From an uncultured Anaerofilum sp. (lineage in GTDB: Bacteria; Bacillota; Clostridia; Oscillospirales; Ruminococcaceae): a stretch of DNA of 64,000 nt. The position numbers were made by a program, and so were the translations under genes. The stretch covers positions 30,605-94,604 of the forward strand of contig CALWZD010000070.1 of NCBI GenBank assembly GCA_944385945.1, in the 5' to 3' direction. This document shows, one piece after another, positions 58,607 through 64,000 of the stretch; the first letter of the stretch is position 1, and every line of letters begins with the position of its first letter. The notes under the pieces were generated by a model that made no database searches, was not told where the DNA came from, and was given only the letters and a program-made list of their open reading frames with translations.

Positions 58607-58894
58607 AGATCCTCCTATATGCAAAGGGGGAGCCTTTGCTCTGTGGCAGCAAAACGCACGGATACACGGCGCCGAACGTTCGCTGCGATGTATAGTTGCT
58701 GTGCAGGTGGTAACGGCACACGCACAGAGCGGTGGCAAAAGATTGAAATTGCAGCAAAATCGAGTTTTTCTGCAAACAAGACCAAAGCAAAAATCAATGA
58801 AAAAAGGCGACAAAGCCGGCAGCTCTGTCGCCTTGAAAAAGCAGAAAGCTTTTTGCTATTTGTACAAATTAAGGGCAACAGAGCCAACAGTGCC

Positions 58895-61744
58895 TTAGTT
58901 TGTTTTGGGGTGGTACTTCTCGCAGGTGCATTTTTTCCATTTCAGACCGCTTCCGCAGGGGCATAGATCGTTTCTGCCGATCTGTGTGCCGGTGTGGACA
59001 GGGCGGTTCACTTCGGAATCATCTCCGCCACCTGAAGTAGCGGTGGGTTTCATTACCTGCTGGCGTTCGGTGCGGATCTGTGCAGAAAGCAGCAGACGAA
59101 CCGTATCTTCACGGATGCGGTCGACCATGCTGTCGAACATCTCGAAGCCTTCCAGACGGTATTCTACAACGGGATCTTTTTGTCCGTAGCTGCGCAGATA
59201 GATGCCACGGCGCAGCTGATCCATATCGTCGATGTGCTCCATCCACTTCAGGTCGATATTTTTCAGCAAACAGATGCGCTCAAACTCACGCATTACTGCC
59301 GAACCGCACATCTGCTCTTTTGCACGAAGAACTTTGTTGGCACGGGTAATGAGCAGCTCGCTGATCTCGGTCGCATCCAAATCTTTCAGCTGTTCTTCGC
59401 TGTATTGGAAATCGGTCGGCAATGCAAGCCAACCCAGATAATGCTGACGCAAGCCGGCAAAGTTCCAGTCGGCGGCATTTTCGCCCACGGTGTAGACAGC
59501 GACTGTTTCTTTGATGGTTTCTTCCACCATCTTTTTGATGACTTCGGAAAGATCTTTGCCTTCCAAAATCTCCTGTCGTTGTCCGTAGATGGTTTGACGC
59601 TGGGTGTTCATAACGTCGTCGAAAGACAAAACGCTCTTACGGGTCTGGAAGTTGCGTCCTTCCAGCTTTTTCTGCGCACTTTCCAGTGCGTTGCTTACGA
59701 TCTTGCTGTCGATGGGCATATCGTCCTCGACGCCCAAGCTGGACATCATCTGCTGCATCCGTTCACCGCCGAACAAGCGCATCAGGTCGTCCTCCATCGA
59801 CAGGAAGAAACGGCTGCAACCGGGGTCACCCTGTCGACCGGCACGACCACGCAGCTGGTTGTCGATACGACGGCTCTCGTGGCGTTCGGTGCCAACGATA
59901 AACAAACCGCCTGCCTCACGCACTTTTTCGGCTTCTTGTTCGATGCCGGGCTTGTATTTTTTGTACAGCTCATTGTAATACTCACGTGCAGCAAGGATGT
60001 CCTGATCGTCGGTGTCGCCGTGACCGTCTGCTTCGGCGATGATGTGTTCGGGGTAGCCCTCTTTCAGCATGGTGGCTTTTGCGATGTATTCCGCATTACC
60101 GCCCAGCTGAATATCGGTTCCACGACCAGCCATGTTGGTGGCGATGGTAACAGCGTTCAGCTTACCTGCCTGTGCAACGATCTCGGCTTCTTTTTGGTGG
60201 TATTTTGCGTTCAGCACTTCGTGCTTAATGCCACGGCGTTTGAGCATTGCGCTGAGGTGTTCGCTCTTTTCGATGCTTACCGTACCGACCAGAACCGGCT
60301 GACCTTTTTGGTGACACTCGATGATCTGTTCAATGACGGCATTGCACTTGGCAGCGTCGGTTTTGTAAATGGAGTCGGGCAGGTCTTTGCGCTGAACAGG
60401 CTTATTGGTGGGGATGGTAACGACTTCCAGACCGTAGATCTCACGGAACTCGTCTGCTTCGGTCAAAGCGGTACCGGTCATACCGGCAAGCTTTTTGTAC
60501 ATACGGAAATAGTTCTGGAAAGTGATGGTAGCCACCGTGCGGTTTTCGGCTGCGATCTTTACCCCTTCTTTTGCCTCGATCGCCTGATGCAGACCCTCGT
60601 TGTAACGGCGACCGATCATCAAACGACCGGTAAACTCATCAACGATGATAACTTCGCCGTCTTTTACAACATAGTTGATGTCGTTTTTCATCACGCCATG
60701 CGCTTTGATCGCCTGATTTACATGATGCAGCAGCTCCATGTTGTCGGAATCGGCGATGTTTTCGACGTTGAAATAACGTTCGGCTTTCTTGATGCCGTAC
60801 ATGGTGAGGGTAGCGAGCTTTTGCTTTTCGTCGATGATGTAGTCGATCTCCTCACCGATGGCTTGCAGACGCATATCGTTGCTGATACGGCTTGCCTGCT
60901 CGTACAAAGGATACCCGATGGCGGTCAGATGTGCCATTACTTCGGAGTCCTTCTTTGCATTTTCCACAACTTCGGCTTCACGTGCTTCCAGTTCGATCTG
61001 GGTCATGTGGCGCAGCTTGCGTACAAAGGTGTCGGCTTTTTGGTACAGATCGCTGCTTTCTGCGCCTGCACCACTGATGATAAGCGGTGTACGGGCTTCG
61101 TCGATCAAAATGGAGTCTACCTCGTCAACGATGGCAAATGCGTGTCCACGCTGCACCATAGCGTCTTTGTGGATGACCATATTGTCACGCAGGTAATCGA
61201 ACCCGAATTCGTTGTTGGTGCCGTAGGTGATGTCGCACTGATAGGCAGCTTTGCGCTGTGCGGGGTCGATGCCCGCAACGACCAAACCAACGCTCAGCCC
61301 CAAAAAGCGGTACAATTTGCCCATCAACTCGCTGTCACGGCGGGCAAGATAGCCGTTGACCGTAACAACGTGTACGCCCTCGCCGGTCAGTGCATTCAGG
61401 TAAACCGGCAAAGTAGCGACCAGTGTTTTACCCTCACCGGTGCGCATCTCGGCGATATTGCGGCGATGCAGGACGATACCGCCGATGATCTGTACCCGAA
61501 AGTGTTTCATGCCAAGCACACGCCAGCTGGCTTCACGGCAAGCAGCGTATGCATCGGGCAAAATGTCGTCGAGCGTTTCGCCGTTTGCAAGGCGTTGTTT
61601 CAGCGCAGGGGTGACCGCCTGCAATTCTTTATTGGACATCGCCTGATATTTCGGCTCCAGTTCCATAACTTTGTCCACCAAAGGGCGGATGCGTTTGAGT
61701 TCTTTGTCGGAAAAGGTGCCGAAAATTTTATCTAAAAGAGACAT
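58895..61744 (-). CDS. secA: Protein translocase subunit SecA
   Basis: [53 protein letters not shown]. Confidence 0.98.
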   Translation of the reverse strand: MSLLDKIFGTFSDKELKRIRPLVDKVMELEPKYQAMSNKELQAVTPALKQRLANGETLDDILPDAYAACREASWRVLGMKHFRVQIIGGIVLHRRNIAEMRTGEGKTLVATLPVYLNALTGEGVHVVTVNGYLARRDSELMGKLYRFLGLSVGLVVAGIDPAQRKAAYQCDITYGTNNEFGFDYLRDNMVIHKDAMVQRGHAFAIVDEVDSILIDEARTPLIISGAGAESSDLYQKADTFVRKLRHMTQIELEAREAEVVENAKKDSEVMAHLTAIGYPLYEQASRISNDMRLQAIGEEIDYIIDEKQKLATLTMYGIKKAERYFNVENIADSDNMELLHHVNQAIKAHGVMKNDINYVVKDGEVIIVDEFTGRLMIGRRYNEGLHQAIEAKEGVKIAAENRTVATITFQNYFRMYKKLAGMTGTALTEADEFREIYGLEVVTIPTNKPVQRKDLPDSIYKTDAAKCNAVIEQIIECHQKGQPVLVGTVSIEKSEHLSAMLKRRGIKHEVLNAKYHQKEAEIVAQAGKLNAVTIATNMAGRGTDIQLGGNAEYIAKATMLKEGYPEHIIAEADGHGDTDDQDILAAREYYNELYKKYKPGIEQEAEKVREAGGLFIVGTERHESRRIDNQLRGRAGRQGDPGCSRFFLSMEDDLMRLFGGERMQQMMSSLGVEDDMPIDSKIVSNALESAQKKLEGRNFQTRKSVLSFDDVMNTQRQTIYGQRQEILEGKDLSEVIKKMVEETIKETVAVYTVGENAADWNFAGLRQHYLGWLALPTDFQYSEEQLKDLDATEISELLITRANKVLRAKEQMCGSAVMREFERICLLKNIDLKWMEHIDDMDQLRRGIYLRSYGQKDPVVEYRLEGFEMFDSMVDRIREDTVRLLLSAQIRTERQQVMKPTATSGGGDDSEVNRPVHTGTQIGRNDLCPCGSGLKWKKCTCEKYHPKTN

Positions 61745-62109
61745 TGTTATAATCACAACCTTTTTTGTTTGATGCCGCCCAGCAACTGCCTGTCTGCAAA
61801 GGCAGCGGCAGGGAGGGCATTTAAATATAATAATACTACTATTTAAAGAGATCTGTCAAACCTTGCAGCAGCTTTTTTTGTAAATTTTTTCCCACGATCC
61901 GGCATATTTTGGACAAAGTGAGAAAACGAACGATCATTTTGAAGAAAAAACAGAAACACAGGCGAAAAGAAATGGGTTAATAAAGGCAGTTTTGCGGCAA
62001 GAATAAAGGATGTCGGCTTGACTTTTTTACACAACAGGAGTAGTATAATAATATAATATAGTTATAAAAACTAGATTAAGAAGTTTTAAAGATTTGGGGG
62101 TGGAGGCAG

Positions 62110-62763
62110 ATGAGCCGATATTTTGCAAAAAAAGCACGGGACCCGATGTCCAGTTACACACATTTTTGGGGAGCTATCGTCAGTGCGCTGGCAACGTTGG
62201 TAATGGTGGTTTGGGGGCTTGTTTCACAAACCAACTGGGCGTTGATCGTAGGCGCAGCGGTGTTCGGTTGTTCGCTGATTGCGTTGTATAGTGCATCGAG
62301 CATTTATCATTTTGTAAAGGCAGGAGAACGCTGTTTGCAGCGACTGCGTAAACTCGACCACTCGATGATCTACGTCCTGATCGCCGGCAGTTATACGCCT
62401 GTTTGTTTGGCGTTCATGCAGCGAGATTATGCGCTGAAATTTTTGACGGTTATTTGGGCAATGGCGGTGGCAGGCATTATCATCAAATTGTTTTGGCTGA
62501 ACGCCCCACGTGTGCTGTATACTGCCCTGTATCTGGCGATGGGATGGGCGATCGTGGTCGATCTGCCTTCGTTGGCAGCGATGCCTGTCGGCTGTTTTGG
62601 ATTTATCTTGGCAGGTGGATTGCTCTACACCACAGGTGCAGTCCTGTATATCATCAAAAAGCCGAATCTGCCCAAGGGATGGGGCTTTCATGAATTGTTC
62701 CATTTGTTCATTCTGGCAGGGTCTGCCTGTCATGTGTTGGCGGTGCTGCTGTTTGTACTGTGA
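62110..62763 (+). CDS. Hemolysin III / PAQR family membrane protein
   Basis: SSIYH, LDHSMIYVLIAGSYTP, FHELFHLF. Confidence 0.93.
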   Translation: MSRYFAKKARDPMSSYTHFWGAIVSALATLVMVVWGLVSQTNWALIVGAAVFGCSLIALYSASSIYHFVKAGERCLQRLRKLDHSMIYVLIAGSYTPVCLAFMQRDYALKFLTVIWAMAVAGIIIKLFWLNAPRVLYTALYLAMGWAIVVDLPSLAAMPVGCFGFILAGGLLYTTGAVLYIIKKPNLPKGWGFHELFHLFILAGSACHVLAVLLFVL

Positions 62764-62880
62764 TAGGGTAAGATAAAATCGAATCATTTTTTAATCACTC
62801 TGCGAGATGGCTCGTGGGGTGATTTTTTTATGTGTACTACGCAAAAAAATAAGCAAAATTTTAAATAAAACAATATTGTA

Positions 62881-62913
62881 TTGACAAACTATATTATACA
62901 GAATATAATATAG
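62881..62913 (+). promoter_or_regulatory. sigmaA promoter overlapped by a perfect inverted repeat (putative PadR operator)
   Basis: TTGACA-17-TATAAT; CTATATTATA-CAGAA-TATAATATAG at 62889-62913. Confidence 0.75.
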
Positions 62914-62983
62914 TCAGAAAAAACATATCAACAGCAAAACAGCATTGCCATATCGGCAGCAAGCAAAGAAAGGAGCGATGAGT

Positions 62984-63295
62984 GTGGCATTCAATACAGG
63001 AGCCCCTTTGCTGGATGCATTGGTGCTGAGCGTTGCCAGCATAGAGGATACCTACGGCTACAAGATCACGCAGGACGTGCGCAGCGTAATGAGTGTAAGC
63101 GAAAGTACGTTGTATCCCGTTTTAAGGCGGCTGCAAAAAGACGGCTGTTTGGAAACCTACGACCAAGCGTTTGCCGGAAGAAACCGTCGCTATTATCGGA
63201 TCACCCCCTACGGCAGGCAGCTTTTGCAAGGGTATCGCCAAGAGTGGCTTGCCTATGAGGAAAAGGTACACAGTGTTTTATTTAGAGAGGTGTAA
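62984..63295 (+). CDS. PadR family transcriptional regulator
   Basis: YGYKI, SESTLYPVLRRL, GRNRRYYRIT; GTG start after AGGAG. Confidence 0.93.
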   Translation: MAFNTGAPLLDALVLSVASIEDTYGYKITQDVRSVMSVSESTLYPVLRRLQKDGCLETYDQAFAGRNRRYYRITPYGRQLLQGYRQEWLAYEEKVHSVLFREV

Positions 63296-63297
63296 GC

Positions 63298-64000
63298 ATG
63301 ACAAAGCAGGAATTTTTAAGCAAATTGGAAGATTTGCTTTCGGAGCTGCCCGCCGAAGATCGTGAGGACGCACTGCGGTTTTATCAGGAATATCTCGAAG
63401 ATGCGGGCGAGGAAAATGAACAAAGCGCACTTGCAGAACTGGGCGATGTGGAGCAGTTGGCAGAACAAATTCGGCAGGCGTGTTGCGCCAACAAGGTCGA
63501 ACAGCCGCAACCCGAACAACAGCAACCCGAACAGCCCAAGCAGGAGCCGCATCGCTGGCCAGCACCTGTGCAATATTTACGCCCCAATTCTTCCGATTAT
63601 ACGGAATACCGCAGGCAGCGATCGAAGGATACGGCATCCGATACGTCGGCTACTTCAGAGCCAGTTCAGCCCAAATGCAAGCCGACGAAAGATACGCCCA
63701 ATACAGCTACTATCATAATTTTGATTTTGATTGCAATTTTTACCTTCCCGCTGTGGATCGGCTTCATTGGCACCATCTTTGGCTTGTTTGTTGGCTTCGG
63801 TGTTGCAGCACTGGTTTCGGTGGTGTGTGCGGTAGTGGCACTGTTCAGCATCGCCTCGGTGGGCATCGGCGGATTGCTGGTGTTTGGCGGTTGTGTTTTT
63901 GTTGCAGGCATCAGCCTTGTTGTTCTGGCTGGCATCGGATGGCTTGTAGTGCGATTCGGTGTACCCCTCATCCGATTTATCGTAAACTGTGCCAAAAAGC
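63298..64000 (+). CDS. DUF1700 (HAAS domain) membrane protein, runs off the window end
   Basis: MTKQEFLSKLEDLLSELPAEDREDALRFYQEYLEDAG..LGD, Q/P-rich linker, then TM helices. Confidence 0.88.
   Translation, partial: MTKQEFLSKLEDLLSELPAEDREDALRFYQEYLEDAGEENEQSALAELGDVEQLAEQIRQACCANKVEQPQPEQQQPEQPKQEPHRWPAPVQYLRPNSSDYTEYRRQRSKDTASDTSATSEPVQPKCKPTKDTPNTATIIILILIAIFTFPLWIGFIGTIFGLFVGFGVAALVSVVCAVVALFSIASVGIGGLLVFGGCVFVAGISLVVLAGIGWLVVRFGVPLIRFIVNCAKK

Noticed and set aside
59180-61735. 851-aa ORF antisense to secA (also 15528-17117, 12887-14536, 5512-6852, 50131-51354, 249-1343)
   Set aside because: Shadow ORFs on the opposite strand of strongly codon-biased genes; no RBS and no recognisable motifs

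Overview
Chromosomal window from a low-GC Gram-positive, probably spore-forming Clostridia member. The Oscillospiraceae/Ruminococcaceae-like assignment is inferred from gene content and protein style. Most of it is housekeeping: 4 tRNAs (Ser-GCT, Ser-TGA, Ile2-CAT, Lys-TTT), T-box-thrS, rny, trxAB, queH, psuG, hemW, hflX, pstSCAB-phoU-phoPR, secA, an rmlC-wzm-wzt-GT2-GT2-LCP cell-surface glycan locus, ABC/MATE transporters and several regulators. No CRISPR array, prophage, integrase or transposase was seen. The most interesting signals are non-coding or missing from the ORF track: (1) a free-standing, highly structured ~280-nt RNA candidate with its own promoter and terminator (18151-18434) that I cannot match to a known family; (2) a probable C-rich-seed sRNA transcribed divergently from an Lrp/AsnC regulator (46009-46118); (3) a 35-bp near-palindrome that reads as a forespore sigmaF/G promoter on both strands, upstream of an unannotated 58-aa gene and a degenerate LCP-like gene (2189-3355); (4) a decaying type IV pilus locus with four separate lesions, including an in-frame adhesin::prepilin-peptidase fusion; (5) two REPIN-like elements with compensatory changes; (6) a shared GTTGY-N4-GCAAC operator at the -41.5 position beside both Crp/Fnr genes. 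All structures and promoter matches were read by eye; no database searches were run.
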